Positions 44,784-53,960 of a stretch of 64,000 nt of DNA are shown here, one piece after another; position 1 is the stretch's first letter, and each line of letters starts with the position of its first letter. The notes beneath the pieces were generated by a model. That model did no database searches, was not told the origin of the DNA, and saw only the letters and a program-made list of their open reading frames with translations. The stretch covers positions 1,376,001 to 1,440,000 of the forward strand of contig OY970320.1 of the NCBI GenBank assembly GCA_963716745.1, in the 5' to 3' direction. Made by a program: the position numbers and the translations under genes. Source of the DNA: an uncultured Gemmatimonadaceae bacterium (GTDB lineage: Bacteria > Gemmatimonadota > Gemmatimonadetes > Gemmatimonadales > Gemmatimonadaceae).

Positions 44784-47700
44784 ATGATCCACCTGCAGAG
44801 CCTGGGCCAGTGCCTGATCTCCATTGGCGCAACGCGTCTCGCGCCGAATGCGCGCATGCTGTTCGCGAGCGCGCTGTTCGTGGCCGTGGAAGGGCGCCGG
44901 AAGATCGAGCGCAGCCGGTTCACCGAGACACTCTGGCCCGAACTCCCCGAATCGAACGGCACGCATGCGATGCGGCAGATGTGCTATCGCCTGCGTTCGT
45001 GCGGCATGCCGATCGAGGCGAGCGGCGCGCGGCTCGTGCTGCCCGACGGCGCCGTTTCGACCGACTTCGACGATCTGCTCGGCGATCCGGCCGACGTTTC
45101 GCCCGAGGAGTTGCTCACCAGGATCCCCGGCGGGTTCCTGCCGGGCTACATGCCGCGCGTGTCCGATCCGTTCACCACGTGGGTGGAGGAGCAGCGCGCG
45201 CAGGTGAATGCCGCGCTGCGGCGACAGCTTGTGCGCCGCGATCACCGCGCGCCGAGCGGCGGGCGATTGGCAAGCGACCGAGAAGCTGAGCATGCGTTGC
45301 CTGGAGCTCGATCCGTTGAACGAACTCGCGACGTTGGCGTATGCGGAATCGATCGCGATGGACGGCAGCAAAGCGCGCGCGATCGCCGTGCTCGACCGGT
45401 ACTCGGCCGAGATCGGGCCGGCGTCCAAGCAGATCAGAGAGCCAATGCTCGCGCTGCGGCAGCGGATCATCGACTTGTATCCCGTGCCACCGGTGATCGA
45501 AGTCGAGCCGCCGCAGATCGGGCGCGAGGAGGAAATGTCGAAGCTGGACGCCGCGCTAAGCGAAGCGCGCGAAGGACACGGCAGCGCCTACGTGATCAGC
45601 GGCCCGCCGGGGATCGGGAAGACGCGCCTAGTCACCGAGTTCACGCGCGCGGCGGAACTGAAGGGCGTGAAGATCGCGCGGACCAACATGGGGCGGCATG
45701 ACGATCATCGGCCGCTCGGCGCATGGAGCGATCTCGTGCCGGCGCTTCGGCGGATGCCTGGGGCGGTGGGGATCGATCCGGAATCGATTCCGTATTTGAA
45801 ACGCTTGACCGGTCACGACGCCAAACAGGATTCGCCGAGCGCCGAGAGTCAGGATGCGGAGTATTTGTTCGCGCGCATCAGACTTTCCATCGTCGATCTG
45901 GTCGCGGCGGTCGCGAGCGAGAGCTGCGCGATCCTATTGATCGAGGACATCCACTGGATGGACGAATGGAGTTGGGATGTGATGGCGGCACTGTCGAAGA
46001 AGCTCGCGACCACGGGCGTGTTGGTGTTGATGACGCGCCGGGACAGCGAGGACGGTTCGACCTCCATTCCGAAAGACGCCGCGGTACGCATGATGCCGTT
46101 GGCGGCGCTGAGCAATTCATACTGCCGCAGGTTGTTCGGCCACGTGGGACCAGCGAAGCGCTCCAGCGAGGAAGAATTCATCGAGTGGTGCGTACGGACA
46201 AGCGCCGGCAATCCATACTTCCTCATCGAACTCGGCCGTCGCGCGTCGAAAGCAGATGGTCGATTCCAGGCTCCCCCGAGCCTAACCAAACTGATATCTG
46301 AGCGGTTCTTGGACGTGACGCCGCTTTCGCGGCGGGTACTTCAGGTGACGGCTGTACTAGGAAGACACTCGACGATTGTGCGTATCGAGAAGGTCTTGGA
46401 CGAACGAAGGATTAGCCTGCTTGACAGTCTCGATGAACTATCTCGCCATTCGCTCATTGTGAGTGAGGGCGAAAGAGTCATCTGCCGACACGACCTTTTG
46501 GGAATGTCGGCACTGAGTGACGTCTCGCCGTTCTCACTGCGACTAATTCATCGCCACTCAGCAGCGGTACTCGAGGCGGAGATTAATGATTCGTCCGAAG
46601 TCGGACATCTGTGGGATTGCGCGAGGCATCTTGAGTCGGCCAACGAACGCCATCTCGCACTAAGAATGCTAGAGCGGTGCTCTATCCGCGCGATCTCCAT
46701 GGGCGTCCCTCGAGACGCGATTCGAGTACTTGAATTCGCAATTTCTCTCGATCCAACAGGCGAGATGCACACTCGCCTGCTGCGTCGCCTCGTATCGGCG
46801 CTCTACTTCGTGAGAGACTACCCTCAGTGCGTCGCCCTCTACGCCCAACTCCGCATCGCCGAGAGCGATAGCCTCAGGGTGGTACCCCACCACTCGGAGC
46901 AAGAGTTATATGCGGTGGATGCGAGCCACTACTCGACCGGACCATCTTCAATCGGCTTAGAGAGAAGCATGGCGTGTGTCTTGGATGGGCGCGCGACTCC
47001 AGAACATCGTGTGGAGGCGGCGCTCGTCGCAGTGAAGCTGGCTAGCAACCTTTTCGCGCGGCCAGAGGGTGAAAAAGCATTTTCAGTGGTCGAGCCACTA
47101 TTGGAGCTAGTAGATCCCGCGCTCTCGACGGAATTCCTGCTGGTCTATGAGGGTTCGTTCGGCACCGCCATCGCGTGCGGAGCGGCGGCGGTTCGCCTAC
47201 GTAACATCCTTCGGGAGACGCAGTCTCCAGGGCTTCGATTCCGGTCCATTGGCCAGTGCGCCGAGGGGCTCCATATAGGTGGATGCACTGCGGAGGCGCT
47301 CGAATTGGTTGAGGAGGCAATCTCGCTTAGCGAGAAGATCAGCCTTGCACGCGGCAATAGGTGGGCTCGTCAGTTGAGGACGCGATTCCAGCTCGCCCTC
47401 GGCGATACGAAGGGCGCGAGAAATTCCCTTGTCCTCGTCGATACGGACGACGATGCATTCTCTCCTGTCGAGGCAATTCGGGGCTTCGAATACGCCGCGC
47501 GCCTCGCGCTACTAGAGGAGGACTACGACTCGGCCGCCCTGTTTCTGGAGCGACTCCATAAGACGATGGACTTCGCGTGGCCGAGGGCGATTCGGCATCA
47601 CAGCGGCCTGACCGCGCTTCTCAGGATAAGGCGTGATGGCTGGCTTCCGTCCAACGACGAAATGGCACGACTAGTGGAGGTGCACATTGAGGGTCGGGGA

Positions 47701-47868
47701 GAAATCCACCACGATTTCTACCTCTACGCTATTTCGTACGCCTTTGAGGTGCGTGGCGAGTGGTCACGCTTCTTGCAACTGAGCACCGAATACGTTGACA
47801 AGTTCCGATTTGAGCGTAGTGCGATCCTCCTGCAGTTAAGCGAGCGAATGGCACTGCATTTAAAGTAA
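44784..47868 (+). CDS. BTAD/SARP-like + P-loop NTPase (STAND-like) + TPR-like regulator (frameshift ~45234)
   Basis: MIHLQSLG...LWPE N-terminus, LELDPLNELA BTAD-like segment, GPPGIGKT Walker A, LLIEDIHW Walker B, GNPYFL, helical C-terminus. Confidence 0.8.
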
Positions 47869-47892
47869 AAAAACCGCCGGATTGCGGCGGTT
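47867..47892 (-). terminator. Intrinsic terminator of the HD-GYP transcript
   Basis: aaccgccg/cggcggtt stem with a 7-A run giving a U tail on the minus strand. Confidence 0.75.
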
Positions 47893-47961
47893 AGTGCGAA
47901 CTGGAACGGCAGTCTACGGCTCTCTTGATGTGTGGCGACCAAGAGATAACGAGCGTGGAGG

Positions 47962-49314
47962 CTAGGACATTCCCCTAACGGCGATCCTATCTGACTGACT
48001 AGCGACCGCCGGGGCGGAGCGATCAGGAGTAGACTCTCTAGCGTTCGGCGCAAATAGTAATCCAAACATCGGGCTCGCGAGCAGCCTATCGCACATCTCG
48101 GGATCGAATTGTTTGCCACGAAATTTAACAAGCTCAGACCGAACCTGCGTCTCTGTCAGAGCCTTGCGATATGGTCGGTCGGTCGTCATGGCATCAATCG
48201 TGTCGGCAAACAATACAATTCGCGCCGCCAGCGGAATTTGCTCCCCCTGGAGTCCATCAGGGTATCCGGTTCCGTCCCAGTTTTCGTGATGATGTCGGAC
48301 GGGTGCTACAATGTCCTTTAAGTGAGAAACCGTCGAAACAAGGTCCGCGCTCTTGATCGGATGGGTTTGCATCACGGACCACTCCGCAGGGCTCAGTTTT
48401 TCCGGTTTGCGCAGGATTGGAGCGTACATTTCGTGAATCTTGCCTACGTCATGAAGCAACGCCGCAACGCCGACGCGCTCGAGCTCCGATCCCCCCATAC
48501 CAATCGCGCGAGCAATAATTTTCGAATACTGTGAAACGCGCCTTGAATGCCCGGACGTATACGGATCTCGCGCCTCGATGGCCTTCACCATCAATTCGAG
48601 TAACTCTTGGTTGACACGCTCGAGTTCGTAGTTTGTCTTGTACAGTTGTCGAACGGCGAGAAGCGGTATGGTGAGTGCGAGTACCCCCCACACGCCGAGG
48701 CGCAGGAACGCGAAGGCGAACAAGTAGACGATCGGACTAAAGATCAGGTCATACGCGAATGCGCGACCGACCGCTCGTCTCCAGCTCGGCAGAATAGGTT
48801 TGTTTGCGCTCACAGCTATAATGCCCTGCACGGCGAGCGCGTTGACCGTCATGAACACCACAGCCAATCCGATAACGGCTGGCAGTTTTCCCAGCGGAAG
48901 GGAGCGCTGGTAGGTTGCCTGCTCGGCCAGCATGCCGTCGCCCCCCATCGCGCGAAATACGAGCACGCCGAGCGCACCCGCGAACATCATTTGCGCGGTA
49001 TTGAACAGCACCTTTACGGGCGCGTTCCTCCGCACGGCGTTGGATAGGAAGATGGCGACGGAAAACGCCGCAACGGCGAGTGCAGACGGAGACAAGAGGA
49101 GTGCAGCGAGGTAAGGTATGAATGTGATCGAACCTCGCACGCCATGACTCAAGTCGTAACCGAACAACTCCGCCGCGATGGCAATTCCCGTCAGCAGAAA
49201 AACCGCGGTAATCGCTGCGCCATCTGCCCTGGGGGCGCTAGCAAGAACCGCCCCATACGAAAGCAGGGCGCCAACGGCGACAAGACTCACATAAAGTTGA
49301 ACCTTAGAGCGCAT
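47962..49314 (-). CDS. Multi-TM membrane-sensor HD-GYP cyclic-dinucleotide phosphodiesterase
   Basis: About 7 TM segments, then ARDPYTSGHSRRV, LHDVGK, HHENWDGTGYP, DAMTTDRPYR. Confidence 0.92.
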   Translation of the reverse strand: MRSKVQLYVSLVAVGALLSYGAVLASAPRADGAAITAVFLLTGIAIAAELFGYDLSHGVRGSITFIPYLAALLLSPSALAVAAFSVAIFLSNAVRRNAPVKVLFNTAQMMFAGALGVLVFRAMGGDGMLAEQATYQRSLPLGKLPAVIGLAVVFMTVNALAVQGIIAVSANKPILPSWRRAVGRAFAYDLIFSPIVYLFAFAFLRLGVWGVLALTIPLLAVRQLYKTNYELERVNQELLELMVKAIEARDPYTSGHSRRVSQYSKIIARAIGMGGSELERVGVAALLHDVGKIHEMYAPILRKPEKLSPAEWSVMQTHPIKSADLVSTVSHLKDIVAPVRHHHENWDGTGYPDGLQGEQIPLAARIVLFADTIDAMTTDRPYRKALTETQVRSELVKFRGKQFDPEMCDRLLASPMFGLLFAPNARESTPDRSAPAVASQSDRIAVRGMS

Positions 49315-49353
49315 GCGATTCCCACGTTTGTAGACAAGAACCCCCGCCCCGGA

Positions 49354-49440
49354 CTATTGCCACTGCTGTGTATCGAAAGACGTCGGAATACCCTTGATAA
49401 ACTTGGCGAGCTTCGCCCAAGCCTTCAGCAAATGCATCAT
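49354..49440 (-). CDS. Small peptide, 28 aa: MMHLLKAWAKLAKFIKGIPTSFDTQQWQ
   Basis: Manual translation; AAAGGGGGGTGA RBS about 7 nt upstream; TAG stop about 40 nt before the HD-GYP ATG. Confidence 0.7.
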   Translation of the reverse strand: MMHLLKAWAKLAKFIKGIPTSFDTQQWQ

Positions 49441-49737
49441 TGTCGCGTCACCCCCCTTTAGGTCTTGTCATGCCCCGACGCTCGTCGGTGAACATGCAAA
49501 TAGGTAGGCTCCGCTCAATTGCTTGGTCTGGCCCGCTCAGCTTCGCTAACTGCTTTGTACAACTGCTTAGCCGAGAACGGGGGTTCGTTTCAGTTTTTCG
49601 ATCGTGAGGGTGTTGGTCGGTTCAAAAGTTGAATGTCATTCCCTTCCACTCTCCCGCGGACACCAATCGCGCGACGACGCCTCAGCGCCCCCACGCGTTC
49701 ACTTCCCCTGCTATAACCCCAGCCGCTGCGCCCTACT

Positions 49738-50505
49738 CTACTTCGCGCGGCCCAACCACCGGTTCGTCGCGTCCAGCACCGCCAACACGCTCGCGGTCTC
49801 CGGACTGTCCTTCACCTGACAGCTCCCCGTCAGCAACACCCTGTCCCTTCCGTCACGCGCCGCGATCCCGACGAACACATGCTCGGCGTCGAACGCCTCG
49901 AACATCTTGCACCCTTCCACCGACACGAATCGCGCGTCCGGCTCCGCCTGCACGATAGCCAAGAGCGCCGCTCGCGCCGCCAGCTCCGCGCGCGACCGCT
50001 CGGTCTCCGCCCCTTCGGCTTCTCCAATGTAGGACTTCTCTCCCTTCCGTAGCGTCACGCGGCACGTGACTCCCTGCACCCGCGAACGCCGCACCTCCAC
50101 ATCCTCGAAATACAGCATCCGGCTGGGCAGCGTTGCGGCCTGCACCACCGCCGCCGCCTGCGCCACGCTCTGCGCCCGCGCGTCCGCGGTCTGCTGCGGA
50201 TCCACGCTCGTCGCCACCGAGATCTTCCGGTGGTCCACCTTCATCCCCAAGTGCGCGATCAGCGCGCTCTCGACGTTCCGCACGGTCTGCTTCGGATTCA
50301 CTTCGGCGCTCGTGAGCAAATGGATCTCGCTCACCGCACCGTCGTCCGCCGCCATGATCCGAGCCGACAGCACTCCCGGCAGAGTCAACAGCAGATCCTC
50401 CGCGCGTTTGATCGGCAAGACGCTGCCGGCGATCGGAGAATGCGATGAGTGGCCAGGCACGTTCAGAGCCATCGATTCCGTAGCGAGAGGTGACGAGCGC
50501 GCCAT
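49738..50505 (-). CDS. Conserved-looking hypothetical protein (start may be 50472)
   Basis: GVLSARI...EIHLL...PKQTVRNVESAL...VDHRKISVA N-terminal domain; C-terminal LTGS...AVLDATNR domain. Confidence 0.75.
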   Translation of the reverse strand: MARSSPLATESMALNVPGHSSHSPIAGSVLPIKRAEDLLLTLPGVLSARIMAADDGAVSEIHLLTSAEVNPKQTVRNVESALIAHLGMKVDHRKISVATSVDPQQTADARAQSVAQAAAVVQAATLPSRMLYFEDVEVRRSRVQGVTCRVTLRKGEKSYIGEAEGAETERSRAELAARAALLAIVQAEPDARFVSVEGCKMFEAFDAEHVFVGIAARDGRDRVLLTGSCQVKDSPETASVLAVLDATNRWLGRAK

Positions 50506-50609
50506 ATTGATTGCGTGTGCATCAAAACAATGTCAACTGCTACATTTTGCTACGGACTCCAGCCATTACTGCCACGCCGAATATCCCCGTAAAAGATTAG
50601 AAAATCAAG

Positions 50610-52139
50610 CTACCCGCTCTCGGGGAGATTATACTCCTTTAACTTCCGGTACATAGTTCGCTCGCCGATCCCCAGCATATCGGCCGCTTTTCGACGGTTC
50701 CCGCGCGTCTCGCGCAACGCGTGCACGATCGCCGCCCGCTCGATCTCGGCCATCGTCATCCCCGCCTCGACTTCCAACGTATTTACCGGCGCACTCGGCG
50801 CCGCTTCGAGCGCCGACACCGCGCTCACGCCCGCCGGCCGCACTTCGCCCACGATCTCGCCGCGCAACGGACGCCCATCATCCACGCGCCGGCGCAATTC
50901 CTCGAGCTGCAGCTTCAGTTCCACGAGCGAGCGCACGATGAACTCCAGCTCGCGACCGCCCGCCTCGTGCTGCCCTCGCACCACCGCGCCGACCGGCACC
51001 GGCAGGAACCTCGCGCTCCCCCCCTCGCGCAGCTCGCGCGGGATGTCCGCCGCGGTGATCTCACGCCCCGGCGACAGCACGACCATGCTCTCCACCAGGT
51101 TCCGCAGCTCGCGCACGTTCCCCGGCCACGGATAGTCGCTCAGGATCTGCATCGCGCTCGCCGAAATGCCATGGAACGCGCGGTCGTGCTCCTTGGCGAA
51201 TTCTTGCACGAACGTACGCACGAGTAGCGGTATGTCCTCACGCCTCTCGCGCAGTGGCGGCAGGTAAATGTTCAGCACGTTCAACCGGTAATACAGATCG
51301 GCGCGGAACGTCCCCTGCTCCACCGCATCGCGCAACGGACGGTTGGATGCCGCAATGATCCGGACATCCACTTTGATCGGCGTCGCGCCGCCCACCCGCA
51401 CGAACTCCCGCTGCTCCAGCACGCGCAACAGCTTCACCTGCGTGCTGAGCGGCGCCTCGCCGATCTCGTCCAGGAACAACGTCCCGCCATTCGCCAGCTC
51501 GAAGCGCCCCAGCCTTCGCTCCGCCGCCCCGGTGAAAGCACCCTTCTCGTGACCGAACAGCTCGCTCTCCAGCAGGCTCTCCGGCAGCGCTCCAATGTTC
51601 ACGGCAATGAAAGGCTTTCCTCGGCGCGGACTCAACCGTTGCAACGCACGAGCAACGATCTCCTTGCCGGTGCCGCTCTCGCCTTCAATGAGCACTGTGC
51701 TCGAGACCGGCGCCATCTGCTCGATCTTCACCATCACTTCGCGCAATGGCGCGCTCTCGCCAATGAGACCGGTCTCACTCGTGAGCCGGCGGCGGTCGAG
51801 CAGGCGCCGCACGCCATCGAACACTTCTTCGCTGTCGGCGGGCTTGGGGTAGATCTCGACGTAGCCGAGTGCGCGCAAACGGTCGAGCGTGGCCTCGTCG
51901 GCGACGTCGGCAAGTCCGATCACGCTCGCGCCGTCCCAGAGCTGGCGCTTCAGGAGCTGCACCGTGGCCTGCTCGGTGAGGTTGCCGGTGACGACAATGA
52001 CGTCCGGCTTCTCGCGCGTGAACGCCGCCTGCACGTCGTCCATGGGGCTCACGAGCGCGGTGGAGATCCCCGCGGCCTCGAGGCGAGCGTTGAGCCGCAC
52101 CGCCGGCTCGACATCGGTGAGCGTGACGAGGACCTTCAC
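50610..52139 (-). CDS. Sigma54-dependent enhancer-binding regulator (NtrC-like)
   Basis: [29 protein letters not shown]-terminal Fis HTH. Confidence 0.95.
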   Translation of the reverse strand: MKVLVTLTDVEPAVRLNARLEAAGISTALVSPMDDVQAAFTREKPDVIVVTGNLTEQATVQLLKRQLWDGASVIGLADVADEATLDRLRALGYVEIYPKPADSEEVFDGVRRLLDRRRLTSETGLIGESAPLREVMVKIEQMAPVSSTVLIEGESGTGKEIVARALQRLSPRRGKPFIAVNIGALPESLLESELFGHEKGAFTGAAERRLGRFELANGGTLFLDEIGEAPLSTQVKLLRVLEQREFVRVGGATPIKVDVRIIAASNRPLRDAVEQGTFRADLYYRLNVLNIYLPPLRERREDIPLLVRTFVQEFAKEHDRAFHGISASAMQILSDYPWPGNVRELRNLVESMVVLSPGREITAADIPRELREGGSARFLPVPVGAVVRGQHEAGGRELEFIVRSLVELKLQLEELRRRVDDGRPLRGEIVGEVRPAGVSAVSALEAAPSAPVNTLEVEAGMTMAEIERAAIVHALRETRGNRRKAADMLGIGERTMYRKLKEYNLPESG

Positions 52140-52621
52140 GTGCTGTGCTCCGTGGGCGAGCCGCGGAGGATCGCGATCGCGTGATCCACGATGGGCTCGA
52201 GCGCCGCGAGCCCATCCGCCACCCCGGACGGCGAGCCGGGCAAGTTCACGATGAGCGAACGCGCGCGCACCCCAGCAATGCCGCGCGAGAGCGCGGCGCG
52301 CGGGAATTTGGCCATCACGCTCGCGCGCAATGATTCGGCGATGCCTGGCGCCTCGCGTTCGATCACCGCGCGCGTCGCCTCCGGAGTCACATCGCGCGGT
52401 GAAAGCCCCGTGCCGCCGGTAGTAAGGATGAGATCGGCGGCGTCGTCATCGCACCATTGCGCGAGCGTCGCGACAATGAGATCGGTGCGATCGGCGACGA
52501 GCGTGCGCGCCGAGCATTCGTAACGGCGCGAGGCAGCCCAGGACGCGACCGCGTCGCCGGAGAGGTCGGCGCGTTCGCCACGCGCGCCTGCGTCGGAAAT
52601 AGTGAGAATGGCGACTCGCAT
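52136..52621 (-). CDS. MogA/MoaB molybdopterin adenylyltransferase
   Basis: [23 protein letters not shown]. Confidence 0.92.
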   Translation of the reverse strand: MRVAILTISDAGARGERADLSGDAVASWAASRRYECSARTLVADRTDLIVATLAQWCDDDAADLILTTGGTGLSPRDVTPEATRAVIEREAPGIAESLRASVMAKFPRAALSRGIAGVRARSLIVNLPGSPSGVADGLAALEPIVDHAIAILRGSPTEHST

Positions 52622-52648
52622 GACCCTGCTCCGGGCTCCGGTGCCCGG

Positions 52649-53749
52649 CTACAGGTGCGAGCCGTTCTGATAGAACGGGAGCTTCACGACGGATCCCTTC
52701 ACGCGCTTGCCGCGGATCTCGATCTCGATCGGCTGTCCTTCCTTCGCGAACGCGGTGGGCACGTACGCCGTGCCGATCGGGATACCCAGACTCGGGCTCA
52801 GCGTGCCGCTCCGCACCTCGCCACTCGCTTCTCCATTCACGAACACGGGGTAGCCGTGGCGCGGAAACGCGCGCTCTTCGCTCGTGAATCCGATGAGCTT
52901 CTTCGGTATTCCTGCCTCTTTCTGCGCGACGAGCGCATTCCGTCCCACGAAGTCGCCTTTCTTCAGCTTGACCAGCCAGCCAAGGTTGGCTTCGAGCGGC
53001 GTGACACCGCTGTCGATGTCGTTGCCGTAGAGCGCCATTCCCATTTCGAGACGAAGCGAATCTCTGCAGCCAAGTCCGACGGGGGTGATCGACTTCGTGT
53101 CCATGAGGACCTTCCAGAGGCGCAGGCTGTCCTTCGCGGCGTGATAGAGCTCGAAGCCATCTTCGCCGGTGTAGCCCGTCCGCGAGATGATCGCCTTCAC
53201 CCCGCCGACCTCGCCCTCCGCGAAATGGTAATACTTGATCGACGACAGGTCGGTGGACGTCAGTCGTTGGAGGATCTCCGCGGTCTTCGGTCCCTGCACC
53301 GCGAGCAGCGCCATCTCATCGCTGATGTTCTTGACCGTCACCTTGAACGCCTTGGCGTACTTCATGATGTGCGCGAGGTCTTTGTCGATGTTCGAGGCGT
53401 TCACGACCATCATGATCCGGTCGGCCGCGCGGTACACGAGGCAATCATCCTCGATCGTGCCGCGTTCGTTCAGGATCGTGGAGTAATGCACCTGGCCGAT
53501 CGCGAGCGCGGCGACGTCGTTCGTGGTGACGTGATTCACGAACGCGACCGCATCCTCGCCGCGGATGTCGAACTCGCCCATGTGGCTGACGTCGAACACG
53601 CCGGCGCTCTCGCGCACCGTCTTGTGTTCGACCGTGATCCCGGTGGGGTACTGCACGGGCATCTCGAAGCCCGCGAAGGGGACCATCTTGGCGCCCAGGG
53701 CGACGTGGATCGCGTGGAAGGGCGTCTTCTTGAGCGGGGCGTCAGACAT
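52649..53749 (-). CDS. gcvT: Glycine cleavage system aminomethyltransferase T
   Basis: MVPFAGFEMPVQY, FDVSHMG, SRTGYTGEDGFE, RDSLRLE. Confidence 0.97.
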   Translation of the reverse strand: MSDAPLKKTPFHAIHVALGAKMVPFAGFEMPVQYPTGITVEHKTVRESAGVFDVSHMGEFDIRGEDAVAFVNHVTTNDVAALAIGQVHYSTILNERGTIEDDCLVYRAADRIMMVVNASNIDKDLAHIMKYAKAFKVTVKNISDEMALLAVQGPKTAEILQRLTSTDLSSIKYYHFAEGEVGGVKAIISRTGYTGEDGFELYHAAKDSLRLWKVLMDTKSITPVGLGCRDSLRLEMGMALYGNDIDSGVTPLEANLGWLVKLKKGDFVGRNALVAQKEAGIPKKLIGFTSEERAFPRHGYPVFVNGEASGEVRSGTLSPSLGIPIGTAYVPTAFAKEGQPIEIEIRGKRVKGSVVKLPFYQNGSHL

Positions 53750-53844
53750 TGGACCGTTCAGTATGGTAGGGCCCGGGAATATGCCTGAACGGCAGACAGA
53801 CTGCCACTCCCTCTTTTCACCGAGTCAGAATCATCGGCCGAACC

Positions 53845-53948
53845 AGAAACAAGAAACTTTGACAGGATTAACAAGATGGACCGGATGGCCGCGCGTCCGT
53901 CGCGGTCATCCGGTCCATCTTGTTAATCCTGTCAAAGCAGTTGTTTCT
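53845..53948. repeat. Palindrome with 31-bp perfect, 9-nt periodic arms
   Basis: ctttgacaggattaacaagatggaccggatg (53857-53887) / catccggtccatcttgttaatcctgtcaaag (53907-53937). Confidence 0.92.
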
Positions 53949-53960
53949 TGAATCCTGTCG

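Noticed and set aside
44627..49737. Low-GC region as a prophage or integrative element
   Set aside because: No integrase, transposase, att repeats or phage genes; the composition shift begins inside a gene.
50500..50540. Sigma70 promoter with a perfect TTGACA on the minus strand upstream of the hypothetical gene
   Set aside because: No acceptable -10 hexamer at 16-18 bp spacing, so it is too weak to call.
53750..53845. Glycine riboswitch upstream of gcvT
   Set aside because: The conserved GGAGA...CCGAAG...CUCUCAGG elements are not present.
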